NCBI GenBank assembly: GCA_964016885.1
Contig: OZ024740.1
Coordinates: 307,458,001-307,522,000, forward strand
Source of the DNA: Eledone cirrhosa
Taxonomy: Eukaryota
Length of the DNA stretch: 64,000 bases
Direction of reading: 5' to 3'
A program made the position numbers and the translations under genes. Below the pieces are notes generated by a model. The model was not told the origin of the DNA and did not search any database. It saw only the letters and a list, made by a program, of their open reading frames with translations. Each line of letters starts with the position of its first letter. The first letter of the stretch is position 1. Positions 23,325 to 35,579 of this stretch are shown piece by piece.

Positions 23325-26012
23325 GAAACATTAACCACAGACACAGCAGCAGCGACCACAGTAGTAATAACGGTAACAATACGAACAACAACAACAATAA
23401 CCACAGTGGTAATAATGGAAATAGTACATGTGGCAACATCAATAATAGACACAACAAGAACAAGAAACATAATAAAAGTAACAACCACAATGTTAGAAAT
23501 AACAGCAACAACAACAATAACGACGAAGTAAACAACAATACATCTAGCAATCATAACAATAATAATAATGCTAATGATAGAAACAACAACAACCACCATG
23601 ATAACAATAATAGCAACACACACAACTATGACGATAGATATAATGACAACCCCTTAGAGAAACCATTTTTCAACCCAGCTGACAAAACATATAAGATGGG
23701 TAATATCTATCCTACGAGGTTACCCTTTAATAAAAGAGTTTGCATACCACAACAAATAGATGACGAGACAGAGGCACAGTTTACCATAGCTAGAAATAAG
23801 ATTAGACAAATAGTAGACAGGTATACTAAGAGACAGAGCAGACCAGAGGCCCAACAACTTGGGAGGAAACCTGTAGAAGGCTTGGTTAGCCTCAAGCAGC
23901 GCACAAGGGATGGTGAGGTAGTATGTCTACCCACGGATAAGTCTGGTAGGATGTCAATAGATAGCATGCCGAACTATATCAAGGCTATGCAACACCACAT
24001 CACCAACACGAGCGAAATTGCACAACAAACACACGATGGGAGAGAGAAAATCCTCAACGCTCACATGATGATGTGGACTGACATCCTAAAGCCAAGCAGA
24101 CGCACTGCCAACAACTTCCAGGCGTCTAACAATGGCATACCACCCTTGTATGGGCTCCGCAAAGACCACAAGACAGTCGACGACCCGACAACAGGACCAT
24201 CAACAAGACCCGTATGCGGAGCTAATATAGCTAGTAACTACAGGATCTCCTACTTCCTCTCAATGGTTATACGCCCCATAATCAAGATGTCCCCAGATGT
24301 ATGTGACAGTACAGAGGACTTCCTCAGCAGAATCAGTGAGTGCAACAAAAACAGGAACCTATCCAACTGCATAATAGGCAGCATGGATGTGGTGTCACTG
24401 TACCCATCCATTAACATTGATTTTGCTGTGAAAAGATGTGTGGAGATGATCATTGAGAGTGAGGTGGAGTTCTGCGACGTCGACACAGACGAACTGGGCC
24501 TCCTACTTAGACTTACCTACGACACTGACTACCTAGACAGCCATGACCTTAGACGTTTCTGCCCCAGTAGACCTATAAGAGGTAGACCCCCACCATAACC
24601 TCAATGGCAAAAAAGACTCCCATGGGAAGGTGGATTGGGTGGACCAAAGCTATACAGACCCCCCAAAACAATGATCAGGTAAGAAAAATGGTCGCACATG
24701 CAATAGGGGCTAGTATCAAAACTACCCTAAAGGGCCACATATTTAAGTTCAACGAGATCTACACCCAAAATGAGGGAGCAGCCATTGGCGTCAGCATAGC
24801 TGGTGATGTTGCCAACATTTTCATGGTATGGTGGGAAAGGAGACTTAAAGATCTCCTTAATGAGAGCTCCATAGACCTCATCATGTACTCTCGTTATGTA
24901 GACGATATCAATATAGTTATAAGAACATCCCACTAGAAAGCACTAACAAGTTTGATTTAGAACGTAGCACGATGGAAAGCATCCAGAGTATAACTGTAAC
25001 TATCGACTTCCCTTCCAAACACCCTAACAATAGATTACCTGTATTAGACACAGAACTCTGGATTAACACTATAGACGAGAGAGCCCAAATTCTCCACTCA
25101 CACTATGCTAAACCCATGGCCTCCAAATACCTGATACTCAAAAACTCAGCAATGTCCAGTAGTGCTAAGTTTAATATTCTGATCGCAGATTTGGTACGAG
25201 TGATGAAGAATGTGTCCCGCATGTGTGACCCAACAGAAATGGAAAGACACATCCAACACTTCATCAACCGCATGCAGTTCTCTGGCTACAACCAAAAAGA
25301 CAGAGTTAGAGTATACGAAGGAGCCATGGAGAAGTATAAGACCCTCATAGAACTGGACATGAAAGGAATTTGCCCATTATACAGGAGCAAATCATGGAAT
25401 AGCATAGATAGGGCTAGACATAAGATAGGGAAAGCCACCTCATGGTACGACGACCAGAGATACCAGAGTGTCATCTTTGTGGACGCTACCCCCGGAGGGA
25501 AATTAGCTAACCAGTGTAGAAAGGCCCTGAGAAAGACCCACTTAAAAATTAAGGTGGTAGAAAAGCCAGGAACCACCATAAAATCCCTGATCAGCAAAAC
25601 CTACCCTTTTAAGAAAACCCACTGTACCAATAGGAAGTGTATCACATGTAAGGTAAACCCCCGGATAAACTGTAAAACTAGAAACGTAGTCTATAGCATA
25701 AGATGTACAGAGGGTACTTGCAGAAACATGACAACAACATACATAGGTGAGACAGCTCGTAGCATAGGTGAAAGGATAGACCAACACTGGGGGGAACTAA
25801 AAGGACGAAAAAACGGGTCAGTACTATACGAACATGCTAGACAACAACATGACGGTAACATAGACAACATAGAAATTAGAATAATATCTAAAATAGGAAA
25901 TGACCCAGCAGATAGGCAAATCAGAGAGGCCAGTGAAATACCAAGACTAAACAAAAAGAATGAATGGAATAACAACACCCAAACAAACAACACTGACCTA
26001 AGAGAAGTATAA
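22423..26012 (+). pseudogene. Disrupted PLE polyprotein: N-terminal region, Asn-rich insert, RT, Zn-binding linker, GIY-YIG endonuclease
   Basis: Motifs PTDKSGRM, PPLYGLRKDHK, RPVCGA, GSMDVVSLYPSI, GAAIGVSIAGDVANIFM, YSRYVDDI, CTNRKCITC, NVVYSIRC, YIGETARS, RQIREA. Stops at 22917 and 24934 and a frameshift near 24597. Probable start MTLPKYN at 22423. Confidence 0.88.
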
Positions 26013-26031
26013 ATAAGTAAATAAAATAAAA

Positions 26032-26062
<31 letters not shown>

Positions 26063-26572
26063 ATACATACGCAAACACAATAACAATAAGCACATAAACA
26101 CACACTAGTCACCCATCACACAGCAAACAAAACACTATACACACACGCAAACGCATGTGCAAAGAAGACAAAATAAAATAAACAAACAAGCAAATAAATA
26201 AATAAATATATAGACAGACTGAATAAAAATGGCGTAGACATACAATATAACGGGAGGAAACAATAGCACCACTGACGATGTTGCAGATGTGCAACGAAAG
26301 ATTTATGATAAACTATATGTATGTGTTTGTGTCTGTATTGTATCTGTATTATTTTTGACCGTCGGTCAGTCAATGGCAACATTGAGGACCGAGTAAGTTA
26401 GATTACCGATATAAAAGACACAGAAGCGAGAAGCGAAAACCAACCAAACAGTGAGTGTGTTCTGTTATTAATTCTGGCAATATTACACAAATATGACCCT
26501 CCCCAAGTATAACAATATTTGTTTCGACACACGATTTCATATAAAAAACCTCGCAAAACTAATTCATCGCCG

Positions 26573-26643
<71 letters not shown>

Positions 26644-26649
<6 letters not shown>

Positions 26650-27394
26650 TTAGTTAAGCAAAACAAGACCACAAATTTCACAAGGAAGACATTATTAAAA
26701 GATTGTCAACATATATTAGTTTGATGTAAGGAATGTAGAGAATAATAATAATAATATTAATAATAATAATGTCCGTTTACAATTGTTTCGCTACTCCATA
26801 TAATATTTCTGGATCAGATGACTATATATCATAATTGATCTGGTTCAGTTGAAAATAATTAACATATTTAAAAAACAGTTACCCATAGGCAGATCTCACA
26901 CAATGCAGCCTCGACAGATGAATACTGCTTGATTATGGCTGACAACTGATACAACCAGGACACCATAGTGAAATACCAATATATGGAACATTATATTATG
27001 TAACATTCTCTCCTTATTTTAATTTATATTCCTTTGAAGTTCCGATGAGCCGCTCTGTTTTTTAAATATGTTAATTATTTTCAACTGAACCAGATCAATT
27101 ATGATATATAGTCATCTGATCCAGAAATATTATATGGAGTAGCGAAACAATTGTAAACGGACCAAATCCCGCCGAGGTTAACTTTGCCTTTCATCCTTAC
27201 GGGGTCGATAAAATAAAGTACCAGTAATGTACTGGGTAATTACTGGCCTTGTGCCAAAAAGTAGAAACAATTATTATTATTAATATTATTATTATTATTC
27301 TCTACATTCCTTACATCAAACTAAAATATGTTGACAATCTTTTAATAATGTCTTCCTTGTGAAATTTGTGGTCTTTTGCTTAACTAATGAATAT
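26644..27394. repeat. Inverted repeat element (arms about 26644-26878 and 27056-27394) containing an HHR-like motif; right arm interrupted by a truncated SINE A (27163-27271)
   Basis: Reverse-complement match of the arms, with SINE core sequence in one arm only. Confidence 0.85.
27039..27158 (+). ncRNA. HHR-like motif with core CCGATGA and long stem II
   Basis: gtt-CCGATGA-gccgctc...gagtagc-GAAAC-aatt-GTA-aac. Confidence 0.55.
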
Positions 27395-27569
27395 TTCCAG
27401 CTCTGCGCACCTAACTTCTGCATGAACCCAGCCCCCTAGCTGTTTTCTACTGCATATTGCACATTGAGCACATGCCTTTACGCTTTGGTTTCTAACTAAT
27501 TCACCAATCTCTCCTCTCATATCTCATCTCCTATCTCCATCTCTCTCTTTAAGATTGGTTACTCTTGAA

Positions 27570-27805
<236 letters not shown>

Positions 27806-28229
27806 ATATATATAAATGAAATAGAAATAAACCATACGCTTAAACTATGTAAGTAGAAATAGTTTTACACCGGTTTTTCTTTTTCATTGTTCACACAAAG
27901 ACGAAGTATTTGATACCACGTTGATGAGGTGAGCTTTTCGATATTTGTCTTTATAATTCAACCATAATGTTTTAATGCAAGAATCATCATTGCATTGTTG
28001 GTTCAGTGCTGGTTTTATTAGCGAGTAGTAAACGCGTTGGGTTTTGTCAAGATCCATCTGTTGTATAAAGTTACGAAATAATTCTCTTCTCTTTTGCTTT
28101 TCGTAGTTTGAATGGACTCTAGAAATGTAAGAAGCCAAAGGCTCGTTAAAATAAATTGATTGATAGATTGATTTTGCTTTTCATCTTTCACAGAGAATAA
28201 GAAAATGGAAACCAGAAAGACCATTCAGC

Positions 28230-29680
28230 TGTTTCAGAAAATGCTCGAGATAGAGTTACCTCAGACTCGATTCCCCTCCAAACAATATATGCTCCTGTGT
28301 TTTATCTACCATCAAGTCGAATTCGGGAAACAATTTCAGTTGCTGTAAAAACCACTAGCCAAAAAATCCAGGAAGTGTGAGGAAATGCCTACCAAAATGG
28401 AAAAGCATCCGCACTTCAATCGAGAAATTGTACAAGTAGTATCAAGGACGAAAAAAAAAAGTGAAGGATGGCTGACAAAGTAATTGCAAAGCGTGAGATT
28501 TGGAAAGGTGATCTCGAGGAGATTTTTGACATTGCTAGCCAGAACGTTCTCGAACAAAAGGATGTCCCATCAAAAGACAAAACTTTCTTTGAGACGCAGT
28601 GGGAAGATGCTGGTGTTGATGCAAAACATTTGAGAGCCATTTAGAAGAAGGAAATAAGTTTCACAATATGAAAATAAGAAAGAGAAAGCAGAATGAAAAA
28701 GTCAAGAAGTCCGAGAAAGTAGCCCTTCAAAGTTCGTCACCAAGCTCAGCGATTAATGATGATAATGATAATAATCTTTAAATCAGTAAAGCCTCGAAAG
28801 TCCCCGTGAATAAAGCCGACTCTCAACACCAGTCTTGTTGACACATGAAAACAGAAAAAACTACCGGTACCACAAGCAAGTACCTCTTACATCGAAATTG
28901 CGAAGAATCTTGGTCATGATGTGTCTGAACTCTCGATTTTCCCTCTCAACTGTTTATCGAGCAATAACCAGTCACCGAGAGAAGATGGCTCCGAAAATCC
29001 AGCTACCTGCTTCCCCACATGAAGACAGATCCTGGGTAGTCCTCTACTGGGATGGAGAATTATTTCCTTCGGCTTCATAATCCAGCACACTCGGAGAAGA
29101 GATTGCAGTTTTAATTACAGGAAAAGGAAAGGAGGGGTTCTTATATCTTCCAATTGCAAGAGATGGAGCCGGAAAACAAATCGCTGAAGTTGTTTTGACT
29201 CAAAATTGAGGATAGAAACATCGGCGTGCACCATAGAGCCAATAAGAAAATTTGAGCAGCTCCGAAAAAGTCTTTTTTGTGACTGGCTTGCCGTCATCAT
29301 GTTCTTGAGAAAATTCGAGATCTTTTTCCCATCATCTGGTCCTGGTGTCCCAATGCTCAAAAAGTTCCAGGAATGTTGGGGCTCCATCGATAAGCCTCAT
29401 TATGAAACTATCCTGGATGATGATGAACCCATGGCAGATTTTTACAAACAAAGGAGAGAGGAGATGGTTGCAGATCTAGTGACTGTACTGCTTTCTAGAG
29501 ACCATCCCCGAGAAGAATATGGCGAGTTCATAAAACTCTCCCTTCTCTATCTTGGTGGTTGGTCATCTCCCCAGTTCGCCTTCTCAGTCCCAGCAGCTAA
29601 CCACCAGACTCATTGGATGGCTAAGGTTATATATGTGATCAAGATAAGCTTACACCACGTGAGCCGAGAGATGTAGAAAA
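28230..29680 (+). pseudogene. Degenerate hAT-superfamily (hATm-like) transposase
   Basis: VVLYWDGELFP (resembles HWDGKLL), DHPREEYGEFIKLSLLYLGG and VPAANHQTHWMAKVIYVIKISL (resembles PGA.HhARWMAKaIY.lK); many stops and frameshifts. Confidence 0.65.
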
Positions 29681-30003
29681 AGACGTTATCGGTTATGAAA
29701 TTCATGCATAAAAATTGCTTCTCGCCAAAATTTTATAAACTGAAAACTTGCATTTACTCCTGCAATAGACACTGCAAGGAGACATTTTGGCGGGATATAT
29801 TTAGATAGATAGGGAAAGAGGGAATGATAGATAGAGTGAAGAGGAGGGAGTGATATATAGAGATATTTCTGTTCATATACCTTTCTTTAATTGTGTGTAT
29901 TGAGTTCATTTTAATTTAAAACATTATCTACGCACCTAATGTGTACACAACTCTCCTCACCTCCGCTCCCCCTCTCACTCTCTAAATCTCCACACACACA
30001 CAC

Positions 30004-30047
<44 letters not shown>

Positions 30048-30053
<6 letters not shown>

Positions 30054-31383
30054 ATAAATGCTCTGAAATAGCGATATATATGTGAGTATAGACATAGAAT
30101 ATTCGAAAATATTCTGTATGTTTATAATAAACATTTTGAAGACCTAATCGCTATAGAATAGAATACGTCACGTATTACAATTAGATTCTCGATAAAAGCA
30201 AGGGAAGTAATCTACGCGTTTCATTCTTGTTAGAATTCATCAGGACTACATATCCAGTGCTTTTATCGAGAATGACACAGCTAGAGACTTATAGAATACT
30301 TAGCTGTGTACTGGAACTGGTTTGAAAGAGCGGTTGCCGGTCCGGCAGAAATTAGAAATTGGAATAAATGCTCTGAAATAGCGATATATATGTGAGTATA
30401 GACATAGAATATTCGAAAATATTCTGTATGTTTATAATAAACATTTTGAAGACCTAATCGCTATAGAATAGAATACGTCACGTATTACAATTAGATTCTC
30501 GATAAAAGCAAGGGAAGTAATCTACGCGTTTCATTCTTGTTAGAATTCATCAGGACTACATATCCAGTGCTTTTATCGAGAATGACACAGCTAGAGACTT
30601 ATAGAATACTTAGCTGTGTACTGGAACTGGTTTGAAAGAGCGGTTGCCGGTCCGGCAGAAATTAGAAATTGGAATAAATGCTCTGAAATAGCGATATATA
30701 TGTGAGTATAGACATAGAATATTCGAAAATATTCTGTATGTTTATAATAAACATTTTGAAGACCTAATCGCTATAGAATAGAATACGTCACGTATTACAA
30801 TTAGATTCTCGATAAAAGCAAGGGAAGTAATCTACGCGTTTCATTCTTGTTAGAATTCATCAGGACTACATATCCAGTGCTTTTATCGAGAATGACACAG
30901 CTAGAGACTTATAGAATACTTAGCTGTGTACTGGAACTGGTTTGAAAGAGCGGTTGCCGGTCCGGCAGAAATTAGAAATTGGAATAAATGCTCTGAAATA
31001 GCGATATATATGTGAGTATAGACATAGAATATTCGAAAATATTCTGTATGTTTATAATAAACATTTTGAAGACCTAATCGCTATAGAATAGAATACGTCA
31101 CGTATTACAATTAGATTCTCGATAAAAGCAAGGGAAGTAATCTACGCGTTTCATTCTTGTTAGAATTCATCAGGACTACATATCCAGTGCTTTTATCGAG
31201 AATGACACAGCTAGAGACTTATAGAATACTTAGCTGTGTACTGGAACTGGTTTGAAAGAGCGGTTGCCGGTCCGGCAGAAATTAGAAATTGGAATAAATG
31301 CTCTGAAATAGCGATATATATGTGAGTATAGACATAGAATATTCGAAAATATTCTGTATGTTTATAATAAACATTTTGAAGAC
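30048..31383 (-). repeat. Tandem array of 310-bp HHR-containing units (about 4.3 copies), ribozyme sense on the minus strand
   Basis: ggaataaatgctctg recurs at 30051, 30361, 30671, 30981 and 31291; HHRs at 30207-30249, 30517-30559, 30827-30869 and 31137-31179. Confidence 0.95.
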
Positions 31384-32790
31384 GTCCTGATGAATTCTAA
31401 CAAGAATGAAACGCGTAGATTACTTCCCTTGCTTTTATCGAGAATCTAATTGTAATACGTGACGTATTCTATTCTATAGCGATTAGGTCTTCAAAATGTT
31501 TATTATAAACATACAGAATATTTTCGAATATTCTATGTCTATACTCACATATATATCGCTATTTCAGAGCATTTATTCCAATTTCTAATTTCTGCCGGAC
31601 CGGCAACCGCTCTTTCAAACCAGTTCCAGTACACAGCTAAGTATTCTATAAGTCTCTAGCTGTGTCATTCTCGATAAAAGCACTGGATATGTAGTCCTGA
31701 TGAATTCTAACAAGAATGAAACGCGTAGATTACTTCCCTTGCTTTTATCGAGAATCTAATTGTAATACGTGACGTATTCTATTCTATAGCGATTAGGTCT
31801 TCAAAATGTTTATTATAAACATACAGAATATTTTCGAATATTCTATGTCTATACTCACATATATATCGCTATTTCAGAGCATTTATTCCAATTTCTAATT
31901 TCTGCCGGACCGGCAACCGCTCTTTCAAACCAGTTCCAGTACACAGCTAAGTATTCTATAAGTCTCTAGCTGTGTCATTCTCGATAAAAGCACTGGATAT
32001 GTAGTCCTGATGAATTCTAACAAGAATGAAACGCGTAGATTACTTCCCTTGCTTTTATCGAGAATCTAATTGTAATACGTGACGTATTCTATTCTATAGC
32101 GATTAGGTCTTCAAAATGTTTATTATAAACATACAGAATATTTTCGAATATTCTATGTCTATACTCACATATATATCGCTATTTCAGAGCATTTATTCCA
32201 ATTTCTAATTTCTGCCGGACCGGCAACCGCTCTTTCAAACCAGTTCCAGTACACAGCTAAGTATTCTATAAGTCTCTAGCTGTGTCATTCTCGATAAAAG
32301 CACTGGATATGTAGTCCTGATGAATTCTAACAAGAATGAAACGCGTAGATTACTTCCCTTGCTTTTATCGAGAATCTAATTGTAATACGTGACGTATTCT
32401 ATTCTATAGCGATTAGGTCTTCAAAATGTTTATTATAAACATACAGAATATTTTCGAATATTCTATGTCTATACTCACATATATATCGCTATTTCAGAGC
32501 ATTTATTCCAATTTCTAATTTCTGCCGGACCGGCAACCGCTCTTTCAAACCAGTTCCAGTACACAGCTAAGTATTCTATAAGTCTCTAGCTGTGTCATTC
32601 TCGATAAAAGCACTGGATATGTAGTCCTGATGAATTCTAACAAGAATGAAACGCGTAGATTACTTCCCTTGCTTTTATCGAGAATCTAATTGTAATACGT
32701 GACGTATTCTATTCTATAGCGATTAGGTCTTCAAAATGTTTATTATAAACATACAGAATATTTTCGAATATTCTATGTCTATACTCACAT

Positions 32791-32797
<7 letters not shown>
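31384..32797 (+). repeat. Inverted tandem array of the same 310-bp unit (about 4.5 copies), ribozyme sense on the plus strand
   Basis: gtcctgatga recurs at 31384, 31694, 32004, 32314 and 32624. Confidence 0.95.
31691..31733 (+). ncRNA. Minimal type I hammerhead ribozyme (representative of nine copies in the array)
   Basis: gtagtc-CTGATGA-attct-aaca-agaat-GAAAC-gc-GTA-gattac. Stem I gtagtc/gattac, stem II attct/agaat, palindromic stem III acgcgt. Predicted cleavage after A31727. Confidence 0.9.
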
Positions 32798-32835
<38 letters not shown>

Positions 32836-32934
32836 CATTTATGTATATATATATATACATTTATGTATACATTTATATATATATATACATACATTTATGT
32901 ATATATATATATATATATATACATTTATGTATAC

Positions 32935-32986
<52 letters not shown>

Positions 32987-33073
32987 TTATGTATACATTA
33001 TATATATATATATATATATATACATATATATACATACATTTATGTATATATATATATATACATTTATGTATAC

Positions 33074-33128
<55 letters not shown>

Positions 33129-33161
33129 CATTTATGTATATATATATACATATATGTATAC

Positions 33162-33207
<46 letters not shown>
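32790..33207. repeat. (TA)n/(TACATTTATG)-type complex microsatellite
   Basis: Seen directly in the sequence. Confidence 0.9.
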
Positions 33208-33210
<3 letters not shown>

Positions 33211-33546
33211 TGTATGCGTTTGCGCATAAATGTCTAGATGTTTGTTCGTGTCTGATGAAGTGTATAAGAGCACTATTGTCTGTCTTCTGATATGCATATA
33301 TATATATTTGTATCTCCCATATTTCTATAAACCTTTCACTAATCTTTACATCAATGCACCCATTTGACTGTTTCATTCAATATACACTCGTTCATTTATT
33401 TGCATATAACTGCACTCTTTTCACCCTGTCTTCGTCAGATGCTCCCGTTTGTCTTTTAATCTCAGGCACACCTGGTTGACTAATGTGTCTATGTGCATAT
33501 ATGCGTGTGCATAGGCGAGTGCATGTGAGTGTGTGTGTGTGAATGT

Positions 33547-33616
<70 letters not shown>

Positions 33617-33868
33617 TTGTGTATGTGTGTGTGTGTGTGTGTGTGTGGTTGTGTATAAACATTCGTGCTGACGTGAGATTGTATAGTTGTTTAATACACC
33701 CCAGTTTGTACATTCAGTGTGGAGGTTCTGTGCACCTTTAGATAACAATAGTGTCTGCTGCACCACACACACTCACTCACATACACACACAGACACAAAT
33801 GCTCACATACATACACACATTCATTCAGACCTACATACCTACACACACACACACATATATATATATAG

Positions 33869-33973
<105 letters not shown>

Positions 33974-34896
33974 AATATCAGCCTAACTTATGAATTTTAC
34001 TCGAACTTGGCGGCAGCAGATGAAAGCCATATATGACGGTTGGTTTTCAAATCTTTTCACTTGAGCCTTCTTTTCATCATACGCCATGTTTGTTTCACGG
34101 GACTAAATATTCTGAGCCAGAACTCGCCTAATTAAATTTTAGAATTGTTATTAAAATTTGGAATTGTTTTATTCTTAAATAGTTCGGGAGAAATTTTATC
34201 AGCTTGAGATCCACTTTGGGGTCCAAGCAAATATTAGAAGTCATAAATGTCAATAGTTCGACTTATATATGCATTACCAAAAACGTTTCGTGGGCGTAAA
34301 CCTGGTCGTCTTGTGTATCTTATACACCCAACTCTTTCAAATCCTTTCAGATAAGTAAAAACGAAATAGATTGGGGTGGACGGACCGAAAAATGCCATGC
34401 TGTAAAGGGCTTCCATTGCCTGATTCAGAAACCATGGTACCAAGAACAACACAGCAATACTTGTCCATTCCGGCTAAGTCGAGATGGTTGCCTGATGGCG
34501 TCATGTCGTCTAATTACCTAAGCAGATTGACGAGTCAGGAAGAATTGCTGTCCGACTGGTTTCATTTTCTATCATCTATTCTCCGATAGCTTCCTTTGTC
34601 CCGCTGCCTCCCATACTGTCCGTGTACCTTGACTTCCTAACCCTACTGCCTTAGTCACACATTGCTTCTCTCCAATACGATGAATTTCTTTTGTTACCAT
34701 TTCTCATCTTCAGGTGGGATATCATTTTATTCTGTGCTGGTCGTTCCAGTCCTGTCTATGTGTTCTGTTCGGCACCTACCACATCTTTCATTTCCAGCAT
34801 GGTCTTTATTTCCTCTACACTTTTTTTCACGTTCCACTTTCTTCATGTCAACACTCTTGGCTGAGTAAATGCATTCTCGAGATTCATATCAAATAA

Positions 34897-35293
34897 TTGT
34901 TTCTACTTTCGGCACAAGGCCAGCAATTACCCAGTACATTACTGGTACTTTATTTTATCGACCTCGTAAGGATGAAAGGCAAAGTTAACCTTGGTGGGAT
35001 TTGAACTCAGATCGTAAAGGGACGTAACTATGCTGGAAAGCATGTCCAACCCTCTACCAATTCTGCCAATCAAATAATGGTTTCTCATATAGACACAAGG
35101 CCAGCAATTTTGGGGGAGGAGAAAGTCGATGAAATCGACCCCAGTGCGTGACTGATACTTTATTTTATCGACCCCGTAAGGATGAAAGGCAAAGTTAACC
35201 GCGGCGGGATTTGAACTCAGATCATAAAGGGCCGTAACTCTATGCTTAAAAGCATGGCGTCAGACCCTCTACCGATATCGCCAATCCACCGCC
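34897..35293 (-). mobile_element. Two tandem SINE family A copies
   Basis: Reverse-complement consensus matches at 34897-35071 and 35077-35293. Confidence 0.88.
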
Positions 35294-35579
35294 CTAGTTT
35301 GATAACAAATAATGATAATAATCGATTCGTTTCTAAGCAAAAAGTTCCACTACAGGGAACATCAAGACAAGAAACTTCTATTCAAATTCCACCGTCTATA
35401 AGTGTGGCCAGTTCCTGACACATGATACGTTACGTTCATTCTGGTACCCCTTTAAAATACGGATTATATTACTTGGATAATAGTCTAGTGAGTTAGAACT
35501 CAATGACTTTCACCCGTCCTGACCTACAAAATAAGACATGTCATCTGACGATGAATTTTGAACATTTCATAGATAGACA

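Larger units (their letters stand above)
22065..26576 (+). mobile_element. Near full-length Penelope-like retroelement (family P1) with about 440-bp direct pseudo-LTRs, inserted in (TA)n
   Basis: Direct repeats at 22065-22506 and 26137-26576; (TA)n on both flanks; internal RT and GIY-YIG coding region. Confidence 0.92.

Noticed and set aside
23014-23623. Hydrophobic Leu/Val-rich minus-strand ORFs resembling membrane proteins
   Set aside because: They are the antisense reading of the Asn-rich (AAC/AAT) tract.
22423-26012. Selenocysteine readthrough in the PLE ORF, as reported for some Naiad elements
   Set aside because: The main interruptions are TAG stops and frameshifts, and those covered by the second copy are absent there. 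I saw no in-frame TGA at conserved Cys positions.
30048-32797. CRISPR array or ordinary satellite
   Set aside because: The units are identical with no unique spacers, the context is eukaryotic, and each unit holds a complete hammerhead.
33247-33285. CTGATGA followed by an agtg/cact hairpin
   Set aside because: No GAAA or stem III follows, so it is not a complete hammerhead.
34390-34880. Possible decayed LINE 3' fragment on the minus strand
   Set aside because: Only a vague RTE-like character; no clean motif recovered.
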